A DNA stretch of 64,000 bases from the human T2T-CHM13v2.0 reference genome, Homo sapiens, in NCBI RefSeq assembly GCF_009914755.1, contig NC_060929.1; one strand, written 5' to 3'. Positions 13,267-25,148 of the stretch are shown here, in pieces. How positions within the stretch are numbered: position 1 is the first letter of the stretch; every line of letters begins with the position of its first letter. The position numbers and the translations under genes are program-made. The notes beneath the pieces were generated by a model. The model was not told the DNA's origin, did not search any database, and saw only the letters and a program-made list of their open reading frames with translations.

Positions 13267-13795
13267 TGCCAGTTACCAATTTATTGCCTCTCAAGTTTAA
13301 ATCCACCTTATCTGTCATACTTTTGATACTGTTGCTGGCCCCAGTAGATTTCTTTTTTCAGCTGGCTCAATGTTAGGCTCTGTCAATAGAGGGTACTGCT
13401 TCAGTGTGTGGCTTCTTTGGTGCAGAGTCAGCAGATATCTTCTCTCATGAACCATCTCTTGCTCATACCTTCTGGATAGTTTCTTTGCAGTCGGAGGCTG
13501 CTTATTCTTGTGACAGCCACACCCTCTCAAAAGATGTTCGAATCTCAGTTTTGGGGATAGAGGCTCTTGTTAACATTTTACTTTCTTCATTGCTTACTCT
13601 CCATCAACTTTTGATGTAGTAGCTTTGCTTTTGCTACTACTATACTAAACCCTCACTTGGTTTAGTAGTTTAGTAGTTACCTGCATTTTAACTAGCTTAC
13701 AATTCTTTATATATAAAAATTTTTTAAATATAAAATTCCTTTGTTCATATTACTGATGAAGTTTCTGTCTCTTGATTGGACCCTAAGTGATGGCA
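13267..13795 (+). mobile_element. LTR33-like ERVL solo LTR
   Basis: Starts tgccagttaccaatttattgcctctca, has atgttaggctctgtcaatagaggg, and ends gtttctgtctcttgattggaccctaagtgat. Confidence 0.75.
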
Positions 13796-13884
13796 CATAC
13801 AATATCTAAGTGTTAGAAAATTGACTAACTAAATCTCACAAAATGGATGACCTGTAGGGCTTAGAATTAAAACCGGTTTTACTT

Positions 13885-14350
13885 TTGTGCAGATTATTAT
13901 CCATTAAGGCCTACAGATCTGCTCTCTATCTCCCTCCATCTTTCTTGGTGCCATGAGAGACTGACTTTGTCCTCTGTTAGTGAATTCCTTTGTCCTCTGT
14001 TAGTCAGTGGGGGGTACCAGCAAGCGTTCAGGAGGAGGGAGAACATCAAAGTATTATTCTCCCAGCTCTCTTCCTGCAGGGTTGCTGTAGTTTGGCTTCT
14101 TGTTACATGGCTTCAGCTTCTGTGACAGTCCTCTTATTTCCATTTCCTGATAACACTTTCTCCTCTTGTCTTTATAAACCTAAGGGAGGTGTCTTAGCCC
14201 CGCTATATCTAGCTATAGAATATTGCACTGTCCCCCATGGTTTCCCAACACCTTGCCAACACTTTTGAAAAAAGTGTCTTTATTAGATACGTCTTAAATT
14301 TTACTAACTTTATTGCACCATCTGTTTTCTGCAGGGATCTTGACCAAAAT
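13885..14350 (+). mobile_element. LTR16-like ERVL solo LTR
   Basis: gtattattctcccagctctcttcctgcagggttgctg and a 3' end gcaccatctgttttctgcagggatcttgac resemble the LTR16 group. Confidence 0.6.
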
Positions 14351-14802
14351 AACAATATTCAAAAGTCTGTGCTCAATACCTTAACTTATAATGCCTCATT
14401 GGAAGCCAAATATCATGCCAAGTGCAAAAGTTTCTCTGCCAAATATTTTAACGTTTCATGTATTTGAGTTGGGATTTACTTAATTTTAAAAATCATCTAG
14501 AGAGGAAAATCCAATTTGAATGTTGGCAAAATGTTCTTTAAAAATAGAATTAAGTTTATGAGGAAAAGAAACTCTAGCTTCCACCTGTATCTTCTAAGCA
14601 TTCATTTTCTCCTCTGGAAGTAAACATCTTTAAGTTTCTTGTGTTCTCTTCCAGAAATTGTCCATTCATTTACAAAGATTATGATAAATAAATGGATGTA
14701 CAGACAAATGATAGATTAAAAAAATCTTTACACAAGTGGAAATACAATACACACAAAATAAAATTTCACTTAAAAACTACTTGGAGCTTTTTCTGTATCT
14801 GT

Positions 14803-14964
14803 CTTTATTTATTTTAGAGACAAGGGGTTGTGCTGTGTTGCCCAGGCTAGAGTGTAGTGGCACAATCATAGCTCACTGAGGTGTCACACTCCTGGTCTCA
14901 AGTGATCCTCTCACTTCAGCCTCCCAAGGCAACAAGATTACAGTCATGAGCCGCTGTGCCCAGC
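14803..14964 (-). mobile_element. FRAM-like free Alu monomer
   Basis: Single right-arm-type monomer (gttgcccaggctagagtgtagtggcacaatcatagctcactg...) ending gagccgctgtgcccagc, with no second arm. Confidence 0.8.
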
Positions 14965-16280
14965 TCTCTCTCTTTTTTAAGGTAGCCTTTTAGTATTTTA
15001 CTTTGAAAATATGCCATCATTTATTTAGCCAGTAATCTGATGATGGTCAATTGGCTTCTTTCCAATGATTTACTATCACAAAAATTCCACAATGAACATA
15101 TTATATGTTTGTAAAAGTGCACATGTATATGTATTTGCACACAACAATATACTTTTAGGATTAAACCTAGGGGTAGAAGGTGTACACTTAATATATTGAC
15201 ATTGCCAAATTTCTATTGAAGTTGTACTGAATTATATTTCCACCAATAATAGATTACAATTCTCTTTTTCCTACAAATATCCTACACCATCTAATAGATA
15301 AAAATGTAGTATAATTATACCTTTTGTAGCATTTCTTTTCTGATTTGCATGGGTGAGATTAAGCACCTTTTCATATATTTAAGAACTATTTGTATTTTCT
15401 TTTTAAGTGTAACTGTGTTCAATGTTGTTTATTTTTCTACAGTGCACATTTTTTGAGCTATTATATTGATAGAGCTTTTTGTGTATTAAGGAAATGAGCC
15501 TTTATCTGTAATGATGTGACAATATTTTTTCTTAGTTTTTTCTGTTTTTCTTTGGACATAGTTTATGGTTTGATTTTGCCATTCAGACATTTTTAAATTT
15601 AATGTGGTCTAATATGTTAGGCTTTTATGGTTTGGGTTTTTTTTTTCATACTTAGAAAATCATACATTTTCTAATAATTTTTTTTGTTTTTAGTCCAATA
15701 TAATTTTGGTATACGTTTATATTTGTCATCCATTTTGAATTTTTTTCAGTGTAGGTAATATAGTGGTCCAATATATTTTTTTCCGAAATGACGATTGATC
15801 ACACAACTATTTTAAAATCATTGATTGAAAATCAATTTTCACTATTTATTTTCAGAATTACTTTATCATGTAATAAATTTACACACATATATTAATATAT
15901 GTATTTATACATATGTAAGACCGTCTATACTCTTTGTTCTATTTATATTTCTCTGTTATTGATTTATTTCATACTATTTTATAATATGTTTTGTAATCTA
16001 ATAAAATATTTTCTCCTGGTTTTGGATCTTTATTTTCCCACATGACTTTGGATCTTTTTTATCTGGATCTTAATTCAAAGTCCTGTTGGTATTTTTATTG
16101 TGGTTTTATTAATTTAAATTTAGTAGAAGCATTGATAGAGTTGTGATACTGAATCTTCCTCTAGGAATGGCATATTGAATGGCTTACTCTTTAGGATAGT
16201 TTGTTTTTTTCTTACCTCATTGCCATAAAATTGGTTAGGTATATATTAAACAATATGTTGTGAGAAAATTCTCCCTCTGT
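14965..16280 (-). mobile_element. L1ME-like fragment, highly diverged (probably also 14570-14800)
   Basis: tgccatcatttatttagccag...ttccaatg...attgccaaatt...ttccaccaa...aagcaccttttcatatattta match old L1 3' sequence. Confidence 0.7.
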
Positions 16281-16559
16281 TCTTGACCTTTCTGATTTGT
16301 GATGAACTTTATCTGCCCTTTCTTATCAGCAGATGACCTAACCCTCTCTTTCATGGACTAAATAAAATCCACAAATTTAAATTTTCTGCCACAATATCCT
16401 TATTTACTTGTATCTGTATCAAAGCTTCTCCTCTTTTCTTTAAGAAAAAAACAGAAATGGTTCTTTACTTTGAGATAGGCATTATCTGTTATCCAAGTGT
16501 ATTTCTTTTTTGCTCTTCAGAGCCATAACTTCATGGCCTTTAGCAGCTAAATATTTCTT

Positions 16560-17050
16560 CTAACAAATTCCAGATATATTCTCTTCTTTTGACCTACATC
16601 ACTGTCATTGTTGTGCAGAAGGTCAACAATATTTTCTTTGGTAATTGGAATAACTTCCTAATAAATCTGCATATCTCCAGTTGTGACAATTTTCCCCAGT
16701 CTCCGCAAATTCATTCTTCAACTTTCATTGTTAGTGTCCAACTGAATTCATAATGTTCTTGTTCAACTACACATTTGATTGTTATACAGTCTTACTAAAA
16801 CCCTTCAATAGGTTCCCAATGCTTTTCAGATGAGGGCCAAGCTCCTGATCATGGCTTGTAGAAGGAGACCACACATTCTGGCTTTTCTTTATCTTGCCAT
16901 CCTGATCTTACTATAGTCCTTGTGACACTTTGTGGGCTCCCAAGGTACCCAGTTTAGTTTTCTGAATCTTGAGTCTACCATGCTCCTCTCTACTAGTGCA
17001 GCAATATATATATATAATTTTTTTTTCAGCTGATTTTCTCTTTGTCTGGA
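16560..17050 (+). mobile_element. L2 fragment
   Basis: ctaaaacccttcaataggttcccaatgcttttcagatgagggccaagctcctgatcatggc matches L2. Confidence 0.6.
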
Positions 17051-17135
17051 ACTTTCTTCTATCTATTCCTCTCCTACTCCTAAAGGAAAACTGTTTTAAT
17101 TCAGGTCAACTTTACTATTTACCTGACTTATTACA

Positions 17136-17382
17136 GGCAGTAGAGCATAGTAATCAGGAATATAATATTTAGGATGAAAAATTCAGTTTTTGAATCCTGT
17201 TTCTACCACATACACAATTTGTGTGATCTTGGGCAATTTCTTATCTAATCTGAGCCTCAGTTTCTGATTTACATAAAATACTGATAAGATCTACTTCACA
17301 AAGTTATGACAATTAAGAGGTATAAAATACATGATGTGCTTAGGACATGGTCCAGCTCTGAGTAAGTAGTCCATAATATTAT
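17136..17382 (+). mobile_element. MIR, near full-length
   Basis: tRNA-like head, ttgaatcctgtttctaccac...gtgtgatcttgggcaatttctta...ctgagcctcagtttc core, then the 3' tail. Confidence 0.85.
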
Positions 17383-17519
17383 CTTCTTCTGTTATGTCCA
17401 GGGTTGCCTTCTTTCTTTAGGCTATTCTCCACAATACAGTGACCCCATCAAGTTACAAATATGCTTAAAACTCATCTGGGCCTATTCAATATCTATATAA
17501 TAAAGAACAAATTCCTTTC

Positions 17520-17790
17520 TTCTTTTACTCAGCATGTATTTGTTGGGAACATTTTATATGAAAGTTATAGTGTGATGAAATAGTGAATGGTAAATGAAAC
17601 ACTTTCAATATTCTGTCTTAAAGAGCTTATATTCTACTAGAGTAGACAGATCTAGTATTTATCTCTCTTTTAGATCCTAACTGAGGATTTTAGGGTGCTG
17701 TTGAAGCAATGAAATCATATATCTTGTGCCCTCATGGTTTAAAGACCCAGAAATTGTTTCCTTAGGGGAATTGTTTTAACCGAGCCTGAT
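17520..17790 (-). mobile_element. L2 3' fragment
   Basis: ctcagcatgtatttgttgg...ctgtcttaaagagcttatattctactagagtagacaga. Confidence 0.5.
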
Positions 17791-17949
17791 AATATGAATA
17801 GAAATTACAAAGGAAACTTTAGCATAAGTAGTTTTGACTTGCGAGTCTTTAATGTGGCTATGAATCATTTTGTAATTTTGTCCCTTCTTGCTTTTCCACA
17901 TCTTTCTGGTTTTTCCTTTCAGAAGCTTTGCTTAGGCCATAAAAATTAT

Positions 17950-18300
17950 CTATAGTTTCCCAAAGAGACCAGGTTCTATTGACATAAGCCCTTTGCATAT
18001 GTTACTGTCTCTTGTTTGACTGATTTTTCTCATCTTTTTTTCTTAGATAACTCATCCTATCCTTCAGGTTTTAGCTTGGATATTCCTTCTTCTGGCAGCC
18101 AGTTGAATTTGTTGTTCTGTAGATTACGTAGTACCTACTCATACAACATTACACTGGGTTTGCCTCTGTAGTTTGCAAAGCTCCACAAAGGCAAAGGCAA
18201 AGGCAATATTCCATTCTACTTTTTTCCCTTAGTTTCAAAAACAGTGCTTGGTACATTATTGCAGGATGTCAATAAACATTTGTTGAGTAGATATATGAAT
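17950..18300 (+). mobile_element. L2 3' end
   Basis: ctttgcatatgttactg...aacagtgcttggtacat...tcaataaacatttgttgagt terminus. Confidence 0.7.
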
Positions 18301-18667
18301 TTCTAATATAAAAAGAAAATGCATTTAGCACATTCAAATCAGAACGCAATATTTTCCAATATGTTGTTGAATAATGTAGTGTGTGCCAAAAATTTAGGAA
18401 AGAATATATCTTAATCCAAAAAATAGAGCATCTGTCTTCCTAGCAGAATATAATCAGGAAAAATTTATGGGATAGAAATGGCTTTGGAATGTGAGCTGTC
18501 ACTTTAAATTAATACCTTTTCTGGAAAAACTTTGCTACTCTTAGCATTATTGAAATTGTTTTTTTTTTCATATAACAAGTGAATGCATGTATACATATAT
18601 ATACACATGTGTATTCTCACATTTAAAATTGATGTATTAAGAAGGTTCTAGCAACATTTAGGGAAAC

Positions 18668-19160
18668 ATTAAAAATCTATGTCCATGCAAAGACTTAAAC
18701 ATTTTTATAGTGGTATTATTTATAATTGCAAAAAACTGGGTAACAATCCAAATATCCATCGACTGCTGAAATGGTAAACAAAATGCATCGTATTTATACG
18801 ATGGAGTGTAATTTAGACATAATAATGAACAGACTACGGATATGAATATACCTCAAAAGCATTATAAAATAGTGAAAGAAACCAGACACAAAAGACTATG
18901 TATTGGATGATTTCATTTATATAAAATTTCTGAAAGGGACAAATCTCTAAGAGACAGAGAGCAATGCTTGCCTAGGCCTAAGAAATGAGAGTAGGGACTG
19001 ACTGCAAACGGACAAGAGGCAATTTTATAGGGTGATGGAAATGTTTTAATGTTACAATGATGCTTACACAACTGTGTAAATCTACTAAAAGTCATTGAAA
19101 TATAAACGTCAATGTGTGACTTTTATGGTATATAAATTACTCCTCAATAAAGCTCTTTAC
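18668..19160 (+). mobile_element. L1MC/L1ME-like 3' end (plus strand), with a further small L1 piece to about 19345
   Basis: tatgtccatgcaaagact...aaactgggtaacaatccaaatatccatc...gaaagaaaccagacacaaaagact...ggtgatggaaatgtt...ctcaataaagct. Confidence 0.85.
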
Positions 19161-19609
19161 AAAAAGATTGAAAGAAACACATCCTAGTGCATTTTCTATT
19201 GGAGTATAAATTAGTACAGAGTTTTGGAGGATATTTTAGTAATATATATCAAAAGCCTTAAGATTATATTCTCTTTGACATAGCAATTACACTTCTGAGA
19301 TTTTTGTTTTAAGGAAATAATTAAGAAATTATTAAAGTACACAAACATTTAAATATAAGAATTTTATTTCAGGATGAAAATTTTTCTTTGTTCAAAACAA
19401 AAGTTTTCTTTACTTATAATTGCCTCAATTTTTCTATTTTGGTTTGCATATAATCAGTGCTTTAATAAAAATAACATAATATTTGGTTTTAGGATGAATA
19501 TTAACAGTAAAATAAGTTGGAATTAATCTAAATATTCCAAGGGAAATATGGAAGCATTTCCTAACTCTTCCTCATGAATAGTTATTCTCTTTTTAATTCA
19601 TATAATATA

Positions 19610-20698
19610 GCTCCATAGCTCCTTTTGCTTCCCCACCCATACCGTCAGCTTTAACTGACTACATAAACATACTGGAGAAAAACTACTTTCCTAGCCGACT
19701 TCACAGTTAGATGTGCACATGGTATGAACTACTGACCAATGTATGTGAATAAAACTAATGTGTCCAATTTCTGAGCCATGCCAATTAAAGTCATGTAGCT
19801 TGCAATCTAACTTCATTTTTTCTTCACCCATCCTGTGCTTGGCATGTAGATGTGGTGTTGGTGAGCCACATTAAAACTCGTGGTTGAGGACAATGTACTA
19901 TAAGTTATGACAGAGTGACAAGGTAGATGAAACCTAGGTCCCTGAATGACATGAAGCAGAGCTGTCCTTTCAGCCTGGACTGGCCAGATGGTTAATGTAA
20001 AACAGAGAGCCACTGCAGGTCTTCCAATAACATCGTTTCATTCAAAGTTCCTTCGTCATTATGTTGGTAAGAAAACAAATAAAAAGAATCCTGCCTGGGC
20101 CAACTCTCTCTGTGGAGTTTGCTCATTCTCCCCATGTCTGTGTGGGTTTTCTCTAGGTACTCTGGTTTTCTTCCACACTCCAAAGATGTGCACATTAGGG
20201 TGAATTGGTGTGTCTCAATTGTCGCAGTGTGACTGAATGTGTGTGGGTATGTGAGTGCACCCTGTGAAGGTATAGCATCCTGTCCCAGATGGTCAAGGTC
20301 CCCACCTTGCACCTGAGCTTCTAGGATAGGATCTAGTCACCCATGACCCTTAACTGGAATAATTGGGTAAATAATTATCTTACTTATTACTCTTTCTCAA
20401 AAATATGAATAGCTCATATTTATTTTAATGTTTAAGATTAGAAGTGTTTTGGTCTTTTTTTTTTTCTTAGAAGTTCAATGATGCATTGTGTCCAGAAATA
20501 TGCCATTGGAATTTGACCCTTGTTTGTATCAACTAGCTTATGGTAAAATTGGTTTTGTTATATATGGTTTTGCTTACAGTCACAGCTTCCAAGAACGTAT
20601 TGATGTTTAGTGAGGACTTAATGTACTTTGATTGTATGTCAGCTGCTCTAGTTCTTGTTCTCATGTTATAGCAGCTTAAAGTAGCACCTTCTAATATA
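19610..20698 (+). mobile_element. MLT1-type LTR split by MER6A (parts about 19610-20012 and 20626-20698)
   Basis: ctactttcctagcc...cagttagatgtgcacat...gaaacctaggtccctgaatgacatgaagcagagctg before the insertion. The LTR-like end tgttatagcagcttaa...ctaatata follows it. Confidence 0.72.
20013..20623 (+). mobile_element. MER6A non-autonomous TcMar-Tigger DNA transposon, full-length
   Basis: Termini ctgcaggtcttccaataacatcg and gtttagtgaggacttaatg followed by TA. Internal gtggagtttgctcattctccccatgtctgtgtgggttttctct...ccaaagatgtgcacattagg core. About 610 bp. Confidence 0.88.
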
Positions 20699-20897
20699 GG
20701 AGAGGCCAAATAAAAAAAAAGTGATACGATTAAGTGAAATATAACCATTAATTACATACTGGAATTGAAAGAGAGCTGTGGACATGGGACATGCTTTATT
20801 TCTGGATATATCTATACATTTCAGCAGTAGACACACCAAGTTATAATGGCACTAAAAGTTGAAAAAGCATGTAAACAATTTGCCTAGTAAAGATATT

Positions 20898-20902
<5 letters not shown>

Positions 20903-20931
<29 letters not shown>

Positions 20932-21213
20932 GAGATGGATTCTGGCTCTGTCACCCAGGCTGGAGTTCAGTGGCGTGATTTCGGCTCACTGCAACCTCTG
21001 CCCCCAGAGTTCAAGTAAGTCTCCTGCCTCAGCCTTCCAGGTAGCTGGGACTACAGGCCTGCACCACCATGCCTGGCTAATTTTTGTATTTTTGATAGAG
21101 ATGGGGTTTCGCCATGTTGGCCAGGCTGGTCTTGAGCCCATGACCTCAAGTGATCCACCTGCCTGGGCCTCCCAAAGTGCTGGGATTACAGGCATGAGCC
21201 ACCGCGCCTGGCC
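20903..21213 (-). mobile_element. AluS (Sz/Sx-like), full-length with long T tail and TSD
   Basis: Typical dimer. TSD tgggatt(t/c)tt at 20898 and 21214. Confidence 0.96.
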
Positions 21214-24200
21214 TGGGATTCTTAAGGTAAAAATGTATTATATGCAGGATGGTTAAATGATGCTAAGATATTTAGTTATACCCCACATAACATTCTACAG
21301 TGTGACAATATGATATTTTTCATTCTCATTCAATTCTCTATCTTTGAGAACTCATTAATTCATAGAACTTAAACTTCTGCTACTCTATATACCAATCCCA
21401 GATCTATTTCTCTGAGTGCAAAAAATTCTCTTAAAACCTAAGGGACATGCAAAGCTGGGGCAAATATTATGTCTGTTCACATGACGGGGGGTAAACTTGA
21501 CTACAAAGAATCTATGGGCACCTAAGACCAATAACTGTACTACCAAGATAAATTCCAGATTGTTATTATATTGCACAGTGAAAGCTAACTCAGTATGAAA
21601 TGAACTGTCTTAGGAGATACTGGAGTTGTCTTAATATAATCCTATCAAGTGTTGTAGATACTAAAGATAAAGTAGTAAAAATTATAAATATGTATTTTGG
21701 CCTAAGTGACCATTCAGACTTTTGGTTATCTCAGAGGTTACCACAGTCTTTGTTAAAATGCATGTCCGAACAATGCCATAGTTTGAATGCAATGCTTTGT
21801 ACAAAAAGAGTTTTTTGAAATTATATTTTCCTTATTTTTAGAAAATAATGTTTTTATATTAACCTTCAAAGTCTATGCTAGCTATATTTAGGCATGTCTT
21901 TATGATCACAGTTTCAGCTAAATTTCCTGGAAACTCACTGTTGTAGTGTGCTCTTACCTGAATTAATTTTGTTTTACTCTTCTTGGTCCTCAAAGACTGA
22001 ATTTTTGGAACATTTTAGCACAAACCACAAACATCTTTAAGGAAAAACAAATAAGATACTTTTTGACATCTGGAAACCTTACAGTTAGTTTTTAGCTTAT
22101 AAGTTTGGTCACCCTTCATAAGTTTACTTACAATAGCAAGTACATTTTATGTGCATTTTACATGTTGGTGTAATATAAGATACAGTCAATGCTGACTTGG
22201 AAAGATACACAGAAAATCTTTGCAAATTTTGAGGTAGAAAAAACTACTGTTTTATATGTCTCCACTAAAATGACAAAGATGCTTAAGTAAAGTTATAATG
22301 CATTTATGACTCATTTTTTCTATTAAAAATAAGAACTGATATAATGATTTTCAACATCTACTGTTGATTTTCTACAGACTGGTGATTCGATCATGAGTAA
22401 AGGAATGGTGACTGATTTTAGCCTTTGGAGAGTTGAAGAGAGCTAGCTAAAACTGCAGGCTGTGATTCAGAAATCCCATAACTGAGAAAGCCTAAAACTC
22501 AAAAAGGGCACGTTTATTGTTGAGACAATATGGCCTAAATTAATCTGAGTATATTCAAATGCAAAGTGAAAATGCTAAGCATTTAAGTGCCTTCAGCTCC
22601 TGTTCATTCCCCTAAATGGAAAAGCTGCTACAATGAAGAAAATACCTGGCAGCAGACACAGTGGCTTGGATGTGGCAGGCAGAAATGAGCTGCTTATACA
22701 CCCATGTACTCCTCTACAAACCATGTAATAAATGTGCATGAGTCAGTGGGAAGTGAAATGGTTAGCCATATAATGCAGAAAGGTGTATTTTCTTCCCACA
22801 TTAGCAAATTAAAATACAGCCTGCCTTCATTGTGAGATGCAATTTCTCTTTATTTTATATATATTTCCTCCAAGCTGGTTCTCTTTATTTTAATTTCTTG
22901 AACCCTCTTCCCACACTTTGATGGAGTCAGTTAAACATTCACTAGCTCTGTTATCCCCACCTTTAAATGAAATAAATATGGTTTAAGTCTGAAAGCTGCT
23001 TGCTGCTACATGAATAAAGGTAGCAGGCACTTGCCTCAGCAAAACAAAAGCAGCTGAAATGTGGTGAAATGCACATATTTATAGATGACACTGCAGTATT
23101 TATAATGTGAGGCTGGAGTCTCTACAGTGGAGATCTGGCTCTGTGTGACTGTGCCACTGAGGTCAGTTCAAGGCAGCTGACTGGCTTTCTATATATGGCC
23201 TGGGGGACAGCTGTTAAATTTTGAGACTAGAGCATTTAAAACAAGTCTTGGACCTGTTAAAGTCTAATAATTAGAATGAGAAATGGCAGGACTGGGAGTA
23301 AAAGATGCCATAGTCTTGACATTAGGGGAATATTTCCAAAAGAAATGATTTTGTGTCAGGCTGTAGTTATTACAAAGAAAATATTTAATTATTTTTGTGG
23401 TCTGAGTAACAAGTAGAACAAAAAAATCAATGCAATAAAGTTTGTAATTTTGATTATGTGACTCTCTCTTTGAGCAGTACTTTAGCAGAAAAGCAGATAG
23501 GCTCTGATTAGGCTTATAAATATAGAAATGTATTGATCACACACAAAAACTCCTTTAAGTGTTCCCTGCATGAGGTCAATGCATCTTTTAAAAGAGTAAA
23601 AAGATGTAGCTTGTCTCTCAAGGCTCCAACAAAGTTCGTGGAGCTGACATCTCTATAAATTACAGAAACATATTGACTTCTTTATGGACTATCCACAAAC
23701 CAAATGGGATTATGTTGAGCAGTGTTCAGAGAATGTGCAGAACCCTATTTTGATTCCATTGTATGGATGTAAATTTTGTCAATGTTAAAGAGTCCAAAGG
23801 AGCAGGGGGAGCTGTAGATAGACACATTTGCATGAAGGAACTGGATTTTTTAGCAAAGTTATGAAGATTTTGGTTGCAACAAATTCTAGCCCATTTACCT
23901 CAACACCCTTCACTTTTGTTTATATAATGAATGAGATATGTTTTCACCTTCCAAGGTTCTTATCCATCTATAATTTTAGTTGCTCTGAATTATCCCTGAC
24001 TACATTCTCCAAACCCAAACAAGAGAATGTTCCTGCTGAACATCATCCTGTCACTACAGAAACTTTGGAATCTTTGTAGAACATTTCTAATGGCTGGCAG
24101 AAAACTTTCCTTTTCAGAAGTACACTTTTGGCTCAGTTCCTTTTCCCAGGGCAAATAAGGAGCGTTATCATTTCTCTTAGTAACCAAATACACGCTTGTA

Positions 24201-24811
24201 ACAAAGTAACATTTATACAAAACTCTTAGAAAATATAAAAGAAAGCTAAGCATTTCCACATAAAGCAGCCCCTATGGTCTAAAAGGATGTTTGTTAAATT
24301 ATCAATTATGTAAAATTACTTCAATTGTTTCTTCATAGCATCAAAATTCTAGAAACTCTTTCAAGACCCAAGTAGGCAACATCCACTGAATAAATGTTAA
24401 AGCTGTCACTTATGTATCATAGTTCTATGCTCTAATCACTCAAGCATTTTTAGGAAGAAGACTCATACTTCCCATCTTATAACAGGCATTTTATCCTAGT
24501 CATTAGAGATGTAAGTTAGCTCAAAATAAACCAGCCTAGATCTGAAGGGATTTGTACTAGAGACATATTTATTTTAAAATATGAGAATTAAAATCTTACT
24601 AACTTTGGTGTCATGTTTTCAGCTGCATAAGACATTTATCCAATTAACTATTTTATATGAGTGACTTCGATTAGATGTAACTATTTTGAAAAATAGGGAA
24701 AATCAAGATTATAATTACAGAATAAACAAAAAAAATCAGAGATTAAAAAATATACAAGTCTTTCATTGTACATATTTATTTATGTCTTCTCAGTTAAAAA
24801 AGAAACAATTC

Positions 24812-25148
24812 TCTTGAGTGCTTACCATGTCGTAAGTAGATATCATGTTAAGCGTTTTGCAGGTGTCAGTTCAGCCATCTCAAGAATCATTTAAGTTTGA
24901 TACTATTAACATTACTTCTATTGTAGGAATGATGAAACCCTGAGACTTCACCATTAATTAAATAAACTTATTGGTAGAAGAGAGAGTCAAATTCTGGTAT
25001 TTGTCTACCCCTTAAACAATATAGTGCTGCGTTTCTGATGGAAAACAAGAGCAGCAAATAGGAAGTCCAGGCCAAGCAAGTTCATTAACTGAGGTCACTC
25101 ATCTACCTAATGGCAAAACATGAACTGAGACTATAATCTACTGACTCA
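24812..25148 (-). mobile_element. Two MIR fragments
   Basis: ttgagtgcttaccatgtc...aagcgttttgcagg...gatgaaaccctgagac and gaggtcactcatctacctaatggcaaaacatgaac...ctgactc. Confidence 0.6.

Noticed and set aside
17136-17230. tRNA-like A/B-box sequence
   Set aside because: It is the degenerate tRNA-derived head of a MIR SINE, not a tRNA gene.
20897-21256. 119-aa and 69-aa ORFs (also 9659-9883, 12673-12966 and 28432-28696)
   Set aside because: They are Alu-derived reading frames.
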